This document shows positions 51,673 to 64,000 of a stretch of 64,000 bases of DNA, piece after piece. Location of the stretch: assembly GCA_009914755.4 (NCBI GenBank), contig CP068257.2, forward strand, positions 40,896,001 through 40,960,000, written 5' to 3'. Each line of letters starts with the position of its first letter. Position 1 is the stretch's first letter. The position numbers and the translations under genes were made by a program. The notes below the pieces were generated by a model, which made no database searches, was not told where the DNA came from, and worked only from the letters and a program-made list of their open reading frames with translations. Origin of the DNA: the human T2T-CHM13v2.0 reference genome, Homo sapiens.

Positions 51673-51860
51673 TTTTTTGAGACAGGGTCTTGCCCGGGCT
51701 GAAGGACAGCCGCACAATCACAGCTCACTGCAGCCTCCACCTCCTGGGCTCAGGTGATCCTCCTGCCTCAGCCTCCAGAGCAGCTAGGACTACAAGCGCA
51801 TACCACCACATTCCACTATTTTTTTTTAGGTCTTACTGTGTGGCCCAGGCTAAGATTATT
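51673..51860 (-). mobile_element. Alu fragment(s) (antisense, rearranged and truncated)
   Basis: ttttttgagacagggtcttgcccgggctgaaggacagccgcacaatcacagctcactgcagcctccacctcctgggctcaggtgatcctcctgcctcagcctccagagcagctaggactacaagcgcataccacc then a T-run and a second short Alu-3' piece. Confidence 0.8.
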
Positions 51861-52668
51861 TTTATGTTATCCTTGCTCTGACTTGAAATCCCACTCTAGG
51901 TTGGGGAATCACTCTTCTTTGCTTTAATGAATGTACACTTTGTCCTTTAGGAACGTCTAGACAATCAGAATTCATAAATATCAGAATAGGTGTATTTTAA
52001 AATAATGTTGGTGTATTTTAAAATAATGTTATTTCTGGTCATATATGGCCATTGTGAACTCCTAAAAAATGCAGGATCATGTAAAGAATTTCTTATTAGC
52101 ATTTCGATAAAAATTACACATAATTCCACCACTCGCTGACAACCATTGTTGGCTTAGATTTTAGCTTCTTTCTTTCTAGAAATAGATCCTATAGTTGCCT
52201 AGTTACATACGTAGATATTTAAACATTCTTTGAGGTTATAATGACATGCAGTTTTGAATGATGTGTTATTTAATGTGTCATAAGCATTTTCCGTCATTAA
52301 AATCTCCCAACCTTTTTTTTACAAGATGTCATTCGTATGGATGTATTTGAATTTTCTATTTTTTCTCAATGATGATGTGACATCCATTTTACTTTATAAG
52401 TATCTTTTTACTTTTCAAATTATTTTTTGCCAATAGATTCCTAGAATTTCTGGATCAGAGGATCTGTGTACCTAGCCGTTCATGAAAATGCATGAATGCT
52501 AATCATTCTAACACAGTGGCCAGGTGGGAATGTCACCCAGGATGTCTCCAAGGCAGTGGAAGAGAGAGCCGCCAGGCACCCTCGTCATTAGGAAGCCTGG
52601 CCCCACTTCACCCAGACTGCCCGGCTGGTAACACCTTTCCTTTTTGTTCCCAATGGATTTGCCTCCAG

Positions 52669-52800
52669 GACCCAGAGATGCAGTGCCTGCTGCTCTCAGA
52701 TGGGAAGGGCTCCATCCACCCGAACCACGTCGTCATTCTCCCCGGGGACGGTGGGAGTGGCACGGCCGCCATCAGCTTCACAGGGGCCTTGAAAATTCCA
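52669..52800 (+). CDS. SLC37A1: SLC37A1 coding exon 10: DPEMQCLLLSDGKGSIHPNHVVILPGDGGSGTAAISFTGALKIP (132 nt, phase 0/0)
   Basis: Track ORF 52492..52878 reads ...CLQDPEMQCLLLSDGKG...GALKIPVSK. Acceptor ttgcctccag|GAC at 52668|52669 and donor CCA|gtaagt at 52800|52801. Confidence 0.9.
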
Positions 52801-53306
52801 GTAAGTAAACGTGCCCAGGAGGAGTTTCAGAAAGGGCTGCTGTGCTGGCTGTGGGAAGTCTGGTCGGTTGATGATTAAGCTTAAAAAGACATCTGTGGTT
52901 GTAGAACCCGGGGATTCGAATCCATAGCCAAAGCTAGACGCTGCACAGTGCTAGCTTCAGGACTGAATATGGCTGCAGTGATATTTGTTCGCCTCATACC
53001 ATGTTTAAATTTTTTTTGAAATTCGTTTTCTCCATTTAGAAATTCAGAAGGTTCATAGAAAAATGGGGCTCCCTGCCTTCACTGGAAAAACGGAAAGCCT
53101 GGCACCCTGGGCCTGCCCCCATGTGACAGGTTGGGGAACTGAGGCCCTGACTACTGTGCCACCTGGCCCCTGTGGCCCGGCCCCTCCCCAGTGCACTTGC
53201 CCTCCCACAGGCCTTGAGCGTGAGCCCATGGGAGGCGCTGGCACTGAGTGCTGCGCCGTGGCCTTCGCGAGCCCGGCTGGATTCTCTTTCCCTTTAAAGT
53301 GCCTTT

Positions 53307-53604
<298 letters not shown>

Positions 53605-54019
53605 CCAAAAAGTGCCTTCAGTGCCACAGCCCGTGGTCTGATTGCCCGTGTGTGTGAGCAGAGGATGCCAAGAGTGAGGGGGAGGATGCAGGGACCAAGG
53701 GAAGAACGAGTAGCACAGGCGGGAGAAGCCCTCAGAAGCTGGACCGGGCTGGTCCTCGGTGGTGCTGCTGGCCTTGCCTCCAGACTAGAAGGGCGTGATC
53801 AGCGGGTGATCAGTATCGGGAACAAGGTGACTTGGAGCAGATGAGCGGGAGGGGCACTGTAGGGAGATTTCTTGCTGCTTTCAGTTTTTATTACATTGAT
53901 GGACTCTCTCAGCAGAGAATCTAAGGAGCTGTGCACAGGGTGTGGAGACACTGTGTTCTTCCGATGGGGGCAGAGGGCTGAGAGCAGGGGCGTGGGAGGG
54001 AGACCAGACCCTGCTGTGT

Positions 54020-54105
54020 GGGCTGGGCAGGCTGTCCAGGGTGGGCTGTCCAGGGGGCGCTGTCCAGGGTGGGCTGTTTGGCGGGGCTGTCCAGGCCGTG
54101 CTCTC
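54020..54105. repeat. GC-rich minisatellite with a unit of about 15-18 bp (GGCTGTCCAGGGTGG-like) in 5-6 copies
   Basis: ggctgggcaggctgtccagggtgggctgtccagggggcgctgtccagggtgggctgtttggcggggctgtccaggccgtgctctccagc. Confidence 0.8.
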
Positions 54106-54639
54106 CAGCACTGACAGCCACAGCACCAGGGAGCAGACACAGCTCTCGCTTGTTGACACAACCTAGAGAAAGGCAGAGGGCCAGGGGCACAGGCCCGAGG
54201 CCCCTCAGCAGGTCAGGGCTGGAAGTATAAACAATGCAACCCAGACCTCAAAATCATATCACAGAAATTAAAGACTGGGGAGAACCTTGGCTTCAGAACA
54301 GAAAGTATTCCAGTGCCCAGGAGAAACTGGGTCTGCAGAGGTGGACCCTGGAGCCAGTGTTCAGCCAGAGGAGAACGTCCCAGCCCAGGGTGGGCACCAG
54401 CTTATGGGGAAAGGGCTGTGCATGCTGGCCTGTGGAAGCTGCTGGGTTTAAGTAAAAAGATTTGTTTTTAATTGTGTCCTTAATGCTAGTGACCTTTTCT
54501 GCTGTACCTTCCTCTGTAGCTACCCCCAAATACTTGTACCAAAAGTAGGGTGCACACTAGCATAAAAATACAGGTTTTTATATAGTGGAGGTATAGACAG
54601 TATGGGCTTCAGAGGTCCCGCTCAAGCCTCCCCCTGCCA

Positions 54640-54810
54640 CCGCCAGGCTGAGTGTTCAGGCAAGTGTGGCACACTCTGAGCCTCCATGTCCTCATCTGTC
54701 ACACGGGTTCCATCCCTGGGGTAATACCATATGTTGTTCTGAGGATGAAGTGAGGTCATTTAATGACAACTAAGCACAATGCCAGGCCCATGAAAGGCAT
54801 ACGGTAAATT
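54640..54810 (+). mobile_element. MIR SINE fragment (sense)
   Basis: gagcctccatgtcctcatctgtcacacgggttccatccctggggtaataccatatgttgttctgaggatgaagtgaggtcatttaatgacaactaagcacaatgccaggcccatgaaaggcatacgg follows the MIR core-to-3' consensus. Confidence 0.6.
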
Positions 54811-55790
54811 ACACGTACACATCCTCATCAACTGTGAAGACATCAACTCGTTTCATTTTAGAATGACTTGGCAAAGTAGAGCGCTGGGTTCCCCCGGCCC
54901 CCATTCTGATTGATTTCCAGTGCACAGACGGCTGGGGGATTCAGTGCCACAATGTTACTGGATTTCTCACTCTGAATTTTCAGATGGCATCTGGAATTTT
55001 TATCTCACAAGTGCCACCTCTTTCTAAAAGTAGACATAAAACAAACACAAACAGGCATTTTACAGAACCCACCACTCGATTTCCTCACTCATACCTACGT
55101 GTCTCTTTTCACTGTTTTCCCTGATACGGACTGGTCTGTAGTACTCACAAGGCGGGATGCGGTAGCCTGTACGCCTGTGTGCTGACACAATGGTCGGAAT
55201 TGTTTCATCTGTGTGTTTCCAGGTGGCTTGATAATGTACAATGATTTCAGTTCCAGGGAAAAAGAAGGAGCCATTCGATACTCAGTCCACTGCACCCGGC
55301 TATACGAGAACTCTTTTAATAGCTAAGTTTTCCAGGCGATGTAGTATGAAAATCAAACCCGTCCATGTTTGCATTGACTCGACTCTGATGTAAAGACACT
55401 GGGTTTTGATCCTGAACTCCATTTCGAAATTCAGAAACGCCGTAGATAAACAGGGCTTCCTGTCTTCACTTGAAAAGTAGAAAATCTGGCCACGCTGGGC
55501 CTGCACCCCATGTGACAGTGGCCGAGGAGCTGCAGCTGGGGCCCCACCCTTCTCAGAGGCCCCGCCCCTCCCTGGTGCCCCTGCTCGGGGTGAGCGCTCC
55601 ACTGTTCCCGCGTCCTCACTACACCACACAGCGGTGCAGCACCCTCCCCAGTACGTGTCTGGAGGTGCTAAAGCCAGACCAGAGACAGGATGTCTTTATG
55701 GGAGCGAAGTCATATTTAACTCTGTTGCATGTTTACACACACCTGCTGACTCCACATTTGGAGGAGACGCCTGACTGCTCTCTCTTTCAG

Positions 55791-55881
55791 GGCGTGATAG
55801 AGTTCTCACTGTGTCTGCTGTTTGCCAAGCTGGTCAGCTATACTTTCCTCTTCTGGCTGCCCCTGTACATCACGAATGTGG
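55791..55881 (+). CDS. SLC37A1: SLC37A1 coding exon 11: GVIEFSLCLLFAKLVSYTFLFWLPLYITNV plus 1 nt
   Basis: Track ORF 55470..55898 reads ...LFQGVIEFSLCLLFAKLVSYTFLFWLPLYITNVGEY. Acceptor ctctctttcag|GGC at 55790|55791 and donor GTGG|gtgagt at 55881|55882. Confidence 0.9.
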
Positions 55882-57526
55882 GTGAGTATCCACGCTAGAA
55901 CACATTAAATTCCGCACAGTGACTGGGGTCCGAAGTCTCTTCTGTCTGCTGGTTTCTAGAGTATTGAAAACACAAGGTCATGAAGGGTGATTTGAGAGGT
56001 ACACCTTTGAATAAAGTACTATGATGAAACATAGGCTAAAAGAATTCAGATATGCACATTGTATTGCCATAATGGTAAACTTTATGGGGCTTCACGGTTG
56101 ACACGTTCTATCCCAGCTAGGGCTACCAGTTCATGAGGTACTTCCTGTTCTGGGGCAGCCTGCGTTTAAACGTGGGCTACACTGAACTTTGGATCATAGC
56201 AGCCAGTGAGCAGAAGCAGAGCCTTTGGGGACCTGAGAAAAGAAATCTCTGATACTCTGACCTGGAAATGGCTTCTGGGAGATAGCGTCTCATTTTTGGC
56301 AGGGCCGACAGTTTGCTTTATGTTTCAGAAGCCCCGCAGTGGCTGCAGCTATAGATTATCAGAAAACGTGCCAGTGAAATAGTAACATGCCCCCCCATGT
56401 CATGTGTGAACACAGGACAGACAAGAGGAGATGAACAGTGCTTAAGGGAAGGAGCCGTTGAGTGGGGAAATTGGAACCCTGGCTGAGAGGAAGCGGGGAT
56501 GGTCCAGGAGCACGTGGAGGGCTCTTCGCCCCGGGAGCCAGAGAGAGCGAGAGGAAGGAGAAGACACACGCTGGGCCGTCAGGGAGGGGCAGAATCCGGC
56601 AATGTCTCAAAGAGGAGGCCTTTGAGAATGGGGGAGGCTGAGGAGCACAGACCACCTATTCTGGGGATGCAGATCCCACCAGAGGAGGATGCTGGCAGCA
56701 CGAGGCTGGAGACTGAATACCCTGGGAGGGAAGTTGAGGAGGCGGTCTGGGGACTGTCCCACAGCCTAGCAGGGACAGGGCCTGCCCCAAGGGCCAGTGA
56801 CTGGGGAGGCAGCAAGGAGCACCCTTGGATCCTGAGGTTCCTTCCCTGCCTTGTGACCCCCGCCTCACTTTGGCCAGTGAGCTGCACACAGCTGGGCCTT
56901 CTTTCTCCCTTCTTCCCCTGTGGTTGCAAAAGGGGTGACGTTCTCAGGACTTGAGTCTTGAACTGCTGACATTTCCAGTCTGTTTGAAAAAAGCAAAATT
57001 TTCTGTCCATGCCATTGATGATTCGGAACGGCTGGGTTTGACCCACAGCCCCAGATGCCGTGCAGTTTCCTCTCCCACACCCGGCTGGCTCAGTCCACCT
57101 TAAAGCCCAGAACCTGTACAAAACCTCATGGAGGGCACCCTGAGCTGGTGCCGGGAGGCCTCTGTGTCCTCATCTGCAGTTCTAAAGCCGTGTGACAGGA
57201 TGATCGAGCATCCAGGCGCCTTGCACACCTCCACTTCTGTCCTGTGTTAATCTAACTTTATGGCGGAGGGGCCCCTGGGGGGGTCTCTGAACCAAAGGTG
57301 GGATAATTAGACTGAGCAGAGGAAAGCCACGGTTTTTGGTTAAGAGTGTTTTCATCCTTTCTGTGTTACTTGTTTTTTAAATCTGAGTTAACTACTAATT
57401 GCTCCTCGGTATAAATCAAGCTTATGAAGCCAGAGTCCCGTGCACGGGTCCTGTTCTGCCATGGTGTGTCGCTGCGATGCGTGAAGGAGATCCTCACTGT
57501 TTCACACTCCGTTGTCATTTCAATAG

Positions 57527-57589
57527 ATCACCTTGATGCCAAAAAGGCGGGGGAGCTCTCCACCCTGTTTGACGTGGGCGGAATCTTTG
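57527..57589 (+). CDS. SLC37A1: SLC37A1 coding exon 12: (D)HLDAKKAGELSTLFDVGGIF plus 1 nt
   Basis: Track ORF 57424..57642 reads ...ISIDHLDAKKAGELSTLFDVGGIFGEF. Acceptor tttcaatag|AT at 57526|57527 and donor TTTG|gtgagt at 57589|57590. Confidence 0.9.
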
Positions 57590-57812
57590 GTGAGTTCATT
57601 AAGACTTGTTCTGCTGCAACAATAATTTCGCAAGGCGCATGATCTCTGAGTTGATTCACTGCTCAGGGGAACAGGGTTCCCCAAGGTCTCATATCCCCTG
57701 AGTGGGCCCAGCCCAAGAGGGTCAGGCTGTCACCTGGGGGTGGTTTTATTGTCTCCCGTCCCTCCCCAGGGCCCTGACTCTGCACTTGAACAGCTTCCCT
57801 CAGAAATAGCAT

Positions 57813-58240
<428 letters not shown>

Positions 58241-58430
58241 TCACATCTGACCACAACCAATGGAGGCCTGTGGGGAGGTCAGGGCTGTGAGAAGGCTGCC
58301 TGCCCGTGATGCATGGAGAGAGGGGCTTGGGAAAGGAGGAGGCCGTTCTCCGAGCTCCTGCAGTTCTGCTTCCTCCCCGTGGGCTCATGCCCTGGGACGT
58401 CAGTGCCTGAAGCCCGCCTCTCCGTTGCAG

Positions 58431-58516
58431 GTGGGATCCTGGCAGGTGTGATCTCAGACCGACTGGAGAAAAGGGCCTCCACCTGCGGCCTGATGCTGCT
58501 GCTCGCGGCCCCCACG
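58431..58516 (+). CDS. SLC37A1: SLC37A1 coding exon 13: (G)GILAGVISDRLEKRASTCGLMLLLAAPT
   Basis: Track ORF 58313..58621 reads ...SVAGGILAGVISDRLEKRASTCGLMLLLAAPTVS. Acceptor ctccgttgcag|GT at 58430|58431 and donor ACG|gtcagc at 58516|58517. Confidence 0.9.
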
Positions 58517-59549
58517 GTCAGCCGTGCTGCCTTCCCTGGGCCCCAAAGCCTGCAGACAGTCCCCCACTGTCCTCCTCGCCAGCCAGCATCCTTCCATCTG
58601 GCCCGTGCTCCACTTTCCTGACAAGCCCACTTCATTCCCTCTCATGCCTCCTGTCCCCCGACCCCTCCCTTGGCACCTGCAGGCCTCCACCAGGCTCCCT
58701 CTGCCACGTGCACAGCTGCTGCTGGTTTAGCATGGGCTGCGCGCAAGCTGCTCCTCTCTTTGGGGTGCCCCCTTGCCCCAGACAAGCTCCTGCCCATCCT
58801 TTGGGATCCGCAACACCTCCCCAACCTCTTAGGCATCGTTGACACCTCCCGTCATGATGCATGGTGCATAGTGCTTTTCAGGCATTTCGTAGCTCCTGAC
58901 CTTGGGCTGTGACACCCCCCTCTATGCCCCAGTTCCCTCATCTGGAAAATGGGACGTCAGTATCACCACCTTGCAGTGGGTTAGAAACAATGCACATGGT
59001 TACTGTTTTTATCATCGTAACATTAGAGGTAACAGGCTTGTCAGTGGACGCTGTAGCTCTGCGCGTCTGCCCCTCCGCTAGCCCCAGAACAAGGCCTGGC
59101 TTTCAGCCATCTTGGGGTTCTGGACATGGCCCAACACAGAACATGAAAGAATGCTGAGTGAAGAAATGCTTGGGTGGGCCCCTTGCTGCCACTGGGGGGT
59201 GGGCAGCCTGAGGACTTGGCAGTCAGACTAGCAAATCAGGAGCTCAAGAAGGCAGCCCCTTGGCTGGGTAGGAGCTCAGGAAGGCTGCCCTTGGCTGGGG
59301 GTGTAGGGTGGGAGCACCCTGCAGACTTCCCCAGGTCGCCTGGGGTGCTTGGTCCAAAGCCCTCGTGGTGGGGACAAGGCTCAGTACCTGAGACGGGAGG
59401 GGGCGTGGCCGTCACGCTTTTTTAGGGGTTTCCACTCTTGGGATGGCTGCCTGAGAATCACCCGCCGGGTTTTTGAGAAGTAGATTTCCAGCAATCTCGC
59501 ACTGCTTGCAGCCAGCCATGGCTTTGACCTTGTGTCTTGATGTCCACAG

Positions 59550-59598
59550 CTCTACATCTTCTCCACCATCAGCAAGATGGGGCTTGAGGCCACCATCG
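59550..59598 (+). CDS. SLC37A1: SLC37A1 coding exon 14 (49 nt): LYIFSTISKMGLEATI plus 1 nt
   Basis: Acceptor gatgtccacag|CTC at 59549|59550 and donor ATCG|gtgagt at 59598|59599. The peptide continues the protein in phase. Confidence 0.85.
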
Positions 59599-60708
59599 GT
59601 GAGTATGGAGGCCTTCCTGCTTTTCTTCCACACACGTTTTTAAAGTTCACACAGCTGGCAAGATGAAATACTAAAATCAACAGGCGCATTGAGCTGGTTT
59701 AACTGGAGCACATGGTGTGGCTAAAATTGTCCCGTGTCCTCCTTTGGGCAAGACCATCTGGAGAGGCCGGGGTCTCCTCTCCCCAGTGTGAGGCTTGCCA
59801 TTCTGTGGGTTTCACTGTGAGCTGGAAGTGTGCAAGCCTGGTCTGGGGCAGTGGCCCTGGGCACTCAGTGGAGAAGCCAGATGTGACCTTGAGGGCAGCC
59901 CCTCCTGGGGCCTTGGTGGGGCTGGCGGGGCTGCAGCAGCCTGCGACCTGCCACCTGCACCCTGCACCCCTGGTGGTGAGAGCAGCTCAGGCTGGCTCTT
60001 GGGCCACGTCAGGTAGCCAGGAACCTGGCGGTGTGACCTGAACAGGGTCCGGCCAGGAGCCAGGGCAGGTGGCCCCCCAGCCACCTCCTCCCAGCTTTGT
60101 CAGCTGCCCCTCCAGGATCGGTTGCGTAACCTTGGAGGACTATTTTGAACACCCTGCAGGCAGCGCTATCAAACTATGCCTCCAGCACTTAGAAGTATGC
60201 TTTCTGTCCTAATGAGCCAGCAGTGGGGATGTGTGGTCCCCTTAAATGTTATCCAGAAGGCAGCTTGCCCACAGGAGAGGAAGCGGAATTTCCTGTGACC
60301 CCCCCTCAGGCCAGAAGCTTCCTCACCTGAGTGTGAGCCTAGAGGAGAGTTTAGGAAATGACCTGGTCCGGAGAGAGGGTGGGGGTCTGCCCTCAGCGAG
60401 CACCACAGCAGCTGTGGGTGAGGAGAGGAAGGCCTTTCTGCTGCAGATGAAGCAGGGGTCAGCCCAGGCCCAGGGTCCGGCCTGTGATCGCTCCCTCATG
60501 GTGGCAGCTGCTGCCCTTCGAGGGTGGATGAGCCTGAGTCTTAGGGAGGGTATGATTTGCTTTAGCTCCTCACTAGACAAGTTTAGAGGAAGCTGTTTCT
60601 GCTGCATCCCCTCCCTGTGCTCCCCAGGCGCCCACCTCAGGCTGCTCCTATGCATGCGGGGCTCTCTGGAGGGCACATTTCCATTCTTTGCCCCTCTGCC
60701 TCCCACAG

Positions 60709-60782
60709 CCATGCTGCTGCTCAGCGGAGCCCTGGTCAGTGGGCCCTACACACTCATCACCACCGCCGTCTCCGCCGACCTG
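60709..60782 (+). CDS. SLC37A1: SLC37A1 coding exon 15: (A)MLLLSGALVSGPYTLITTAVSADL
   Basis: Track ORF 60246..60866 reads ...PPTAMLLLSGALVSGPYTLITTAVSADLVS. Acceptor ctgcctcccacag|CC at 60708|60709 and donor CTG|gtgagt at 60782|60783. Confidence 0.9.
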
Positions 60783-62083
60783 GTGAGTAGAACCGGGAGA
60801 GACACCAGCCCTGTGGGCACCCTGCCATGTGCCATTCATGACAAAAGTGGCCTCCATTACTGTTAGTAAAACTGCATTTGCAGAAGCACGTTTTTGGCAG
60901 CTCACCTACACCTGTGGTCTCCAGCCTTCCCGCACCTGTCCCCCTGCTCACCCTTCTCCTAAAATCATGGGCAGGTTGGTGCAAAACTCACCGTTCAGCA
61001 CAACAAAAGGCTCTTGGGCGCCATCCTCATGACTCAGGCGCCTTTTCAATCCAAGGGGGCAGGGGAGAGGTCCTGTCCTGGACGCCTCTGCAGAGAGAGA
61101 GGGGCCACGAAGAGGCGCTGGGGGATTCGGCCCTTCTCATCCAGGTACCATGCCCTGCCTTGGTCACCTTTGTATTGGACGTGTCCTGAAACTGCCTGAG
61201 TGTGCGTGAGCATGCAGACTTGTGTCTACATGGGCATGGAAAATTCTGGAAGGATCCACATCAGACCATTAGCAATGGTCAGCCTTCACGGGGTAGAGGC
61301 AGAGGAGAGACTTTCACTTATTTTTTAGACTTCAAAATACGTAGGTTCTGGATGATTTTCATATTGTGTGTTCTTTATTTTATATACATATTACGTGCAT
61401 ATACAAGCATTTATTTTTTTGAACGCTGGTTCATTTTTATAGTTTTAGGCTTCTAGGCACTGTTTCCCCTGATCTTTTTCCCCTCCTATTGTCCTCATTT
61501 TGGCTTTTTTCCCATTATCTATGCAACATTTTCAAAACCAGAGCTCCTGGCGGCTGCTCACCGAGGACCTGTGCCAGCCTTGGTTTCTCAGCTCTCCCCT
61601 CCTCCCTTCTTCCCCTGGCGTTTGCTATTGATCAGGTTGAATTTTAGGTCCTGCAGAGACATCTGACAGGGGTCCCAGGAAGGCCCTGGCTGTCGAGGAA
61701 TCCAGCAGACACGTGGATGTGTCTGGGAAGGAAGGCCGGCGCAGCTCAGGGCAGGGGCGCGCGTTGCGCACCTTCACGCCTCTCACGCTGGCTGCTCTGG
61801 GGCCTCAGGGAGGAGCAGGACTGTGCGGAACAAACGTTTTTTATTTGAAGAGAATCCTAAGAGTTCTTGTAACTAGAACCAAGCATTTCTGATGACTTTT
61901 GACTCTTAAAAACCCTTGAAGTTTTAACTCTCCAAGGCAAGCTTGGGGTGGAGTTTAAATAATGGGAAACACCCTCACGATGAGTTGTTTTGCAGAGCAG
62001 TTTGAGTAAATGGTCATACAGAGGCTTAGGTTTACTTCTCATGCTGTGGCAATAACTGCACGTCTGTTTTTCCTCTCTTCTAG

Positions 62084-62162
62084 GGGACTCATAAAAGTCT
62101 GAAAGGCAACGCGCACGCCCTCTCCACCGTGACGGCCATCATTGACGGGACGGGCTCTGTAG
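62084..62162 (+). CDS. SLC37A1: SLC37A1 coding exon 16: GTHKSLKGNAHALSTVTAIIDGTGSV plus 1 nt. It is the last coding exon inside the window, and the protein continues beyond 64000.
   Basis: Acceptor tcctctcttctag|GGG at 62083|62084 and donor GTAG|gtgcgc at 62162|62163. The DLGTHKSLKGNA motif is conserved across SLC37A1-4 (G6PT family). Confidence 0.85.
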
Positions 62163-63629
62163 GTGCGCAGAGAGTTTTAGCTCTGGGAGGTTTGGTGTCT
62201 TAGGGGAAATCACATTGTCACATGCTCGTGAACAGGTACCCAGGGTTCCAACTGCATCTATAACATTGGGTGGGCCGGCTTCTTACTATACGAGCAGATG
62301 AGCAGGGGACATCGGCACACAGAGATGGTCACGCATGCCTGGGTGGCTTGAGAGAGACGGGCGTGTGACTAGCTGTGCGTGTCCAGGTTTTCACCCGAGG
62401 CAGTGGTTGGCAAACTACAGCCCGTGGGCTAACTCAGGTCCACTCATTATTTATCGCCTTCATCTCAAGAAAGGCAGAATCTTATTTAAATTACAGAAAA
62501 ACCAATTGGTCCAAAATCATACAGGGTTCTGAGGTTACCAGCATCGTCGAAGCTCTTGAAGAGAATTCAGTGGCATATTCTGGAATTTAAAAAGGTGGCA
62601 GAATAAGCAAGCCATCCCCTTAGGGAGCAGGCAGGTGGAGCTGGCAGAGTGCCAGTCTCCTCGCCCATGTGCAGCCTGACGGCACGGCTGTGGCCTTCCC
62701 TGAGCCCTTGTATGGGGAGCACGCACAGTGGCTGCACCTGCCAGGCGAAAATCAGGAGTTGCCACACCTGCCAGGTGAAGATCAGGAGGGTCCTTCCTAC
62801 ATGGGGGACGTTATGGGGGGCTGCCTGGTGTGGCTGTCACAGCTAATAAGGAGGACCTGGGGTGCCAACCTGTGTGTCAGTTGCTGCGTGGGGGTCTCCA
62901 GTAAAGCCGAGTGTTTGGTAGATGAAGGTGGCTCGGTAGACCCAGGTCAGCCAGAACCTGGTGCTGGAGCCTTCCCACTGGCTCGTGCAGGGAGCTGATG
63001 TTGCTCTTGGCTGCCCCTGGCCTTGGTGCCAGCAGGCTGGAAACATCACAGCACGTTTCTGGGTGCCCACTGCTGTCTCAGTGATGCAGAATGCAAAGCC
63101 CTCCCGCCACATGGCCTCCCTGCTGCTCCTCCGAAGGCCAGGCTGGCCCCCGTGCGGGCTCTTTGCTCTGGTCACACCCCGTGCCTGGGAAGGTCCCCAC
63201 AGGTGACCTCGTGCCGCACTCCCTCATGCCGCACTCCCTCGTGCCTTGAGTCTTTGCCCAGATATCATCCTGTCAACAAGACTTCCTGGGACCACCCTGC
63301 TGAGAACGCGTGAACCCTTCCGACTCGGCCTCCAGGCCCCTCTCCCGGGTCTGTTCTCTGGAGCGCTCTCCCCATCCGCAGTGGGATTCGGTGCACTCCT
63401 CTGTTTTGTCTCCTCTGTCTCCTGCCACTGGAACGGAAGCTCCAGGAGGACGGGATTTGCCTGATTCTTTGCTGTATCCCAGTGAACTGAATGAGCTGCT
63501 CCCAGACAGTTAGAATCACAGCCGGGGCCCAGGCGGCTGACTGCACAGTGAGGAGCCAGGCCGGACAGGCCCCAGGCGCCCCCGCCCAGCCCTGGGTGGC
63601 GGGAACCCCAGCTCCACGCTGCTGCTGCT

Positions 63630-63915
63630 GCGTTTCCTTGTTCTGCGTTTCCTTGTTCTGGCCTTGTTCTGAGAAGCGGCGGGCAGGGTGGCCGTTGCCA
63701 TGTGACACACGGCCTGATTCTGAGAAGCGGCGGGCAGGGTGGCCATTGCCATGTCATGTGACACACGGCCTGGTTCTGAGAAGCGGCGGGCAGGGTGGCC
63801 GTTGTCATGCGACACACGGCCTGGTTCTGAGAAGCGGCGGGCAGGGTGGCCGTTGCCATGTCATGTGACACACGGCCTGGTTCTGAGAAGTGGTGGGCAG
63901 GGTGGCTGTTGCTCA
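63630..63915. repeat. Minisatellite/VNTR: about 4.5 copies of a 56-61 bp GC-rich unit, preceded by 2 copies of a 15-mer
   Basis: cgtttccttgttctg twice, then [ttctgagaagcggcgggcagggtggccgttgccatg(tcatg)tgacacacggcctgg] repeated with small variants at about 63666, 63717, 63773, 63829 and 63885. The 215-aa minus-strand ORF 63224..63871 is an artefact of this periodicity. Confidence 0.9.
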
Positions 63916-64000
63916 GAAAGCCACACTTTGGCTTTTGCTGTTCACCAAAGTGAGACCAGACCAGCCTCGTCTCTGCCCTTCATGTTGGTTCCTTCCTTTC

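Noticed and set aside
63224-63871. 215-aa minus-strand ORF and several overlapping ORFs at the window end
   Set aside because: They are generated by the periodicity of the 56-61-bp tandem repeat. The internally repeated peptide (MATATLPAASQNQAVCHM...) is the signature of translating a minisatellite.

Overview
The window is human genomic DNA: primate-specific Alu SINEs about every 3-5 kb, L1, MaLR/THE1 LTRs, MIRs, and a CpG-depleted bulk with one strong CpG island. It contains the 5' two-thirds of one plus-strand gene. Conceptual splicing of 16 coding exons found here gives a continuous 474-residue protein, starting MARLPAGIRFIISFSRDQW and running through ...GNAHALSTVTAIIDGTGSV. I recognise this as SLC37A1, the sugar-phosphate exchanger SPX1 of the glucose-6-phosphate transporter family on chr21q22.3. 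It is residues 1-474 of the 533-aa protein; the last ~59 residues must lie beyond position 64000. Every exon has a canonical AG acceptor and GT donor, and the reading phase carries correctly across all 15 junctions. The promoter is a CpG island at ~7150-8420, which holds a non-coding first exon whose donor is at 8418/8419. The ATG is in exon 2 at 12156. The rest is intronic repeat landscape: at least 12 Alu copies, two L1 fragments (one with an Alu nested in it), two THE1/MST-type LTRs, MIRs, and several microsatellites and minisatellites. No prokaryotic features are present (no CRISPR, no operons, no rRNA or tRNA), and I found no convincing second protein-coding gene. I see nothing that amounts to a novel biological system. 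The items worth a second look are a possible alternative first-exon donor inside the CpG island, a 38-nt micro-exon flanked by a dispersed direct repeat, a long ORF running through exon 4, two CpG-retaining patches in intron 2, an inverted Alu pair bracketing exon 11, and several probably polymorphic tandem repeats. All coordinates were read by eye and carry about +/-2 nt uncertainty. I checked them against the supplied ORF track wherever an ORF overlapped an exon.
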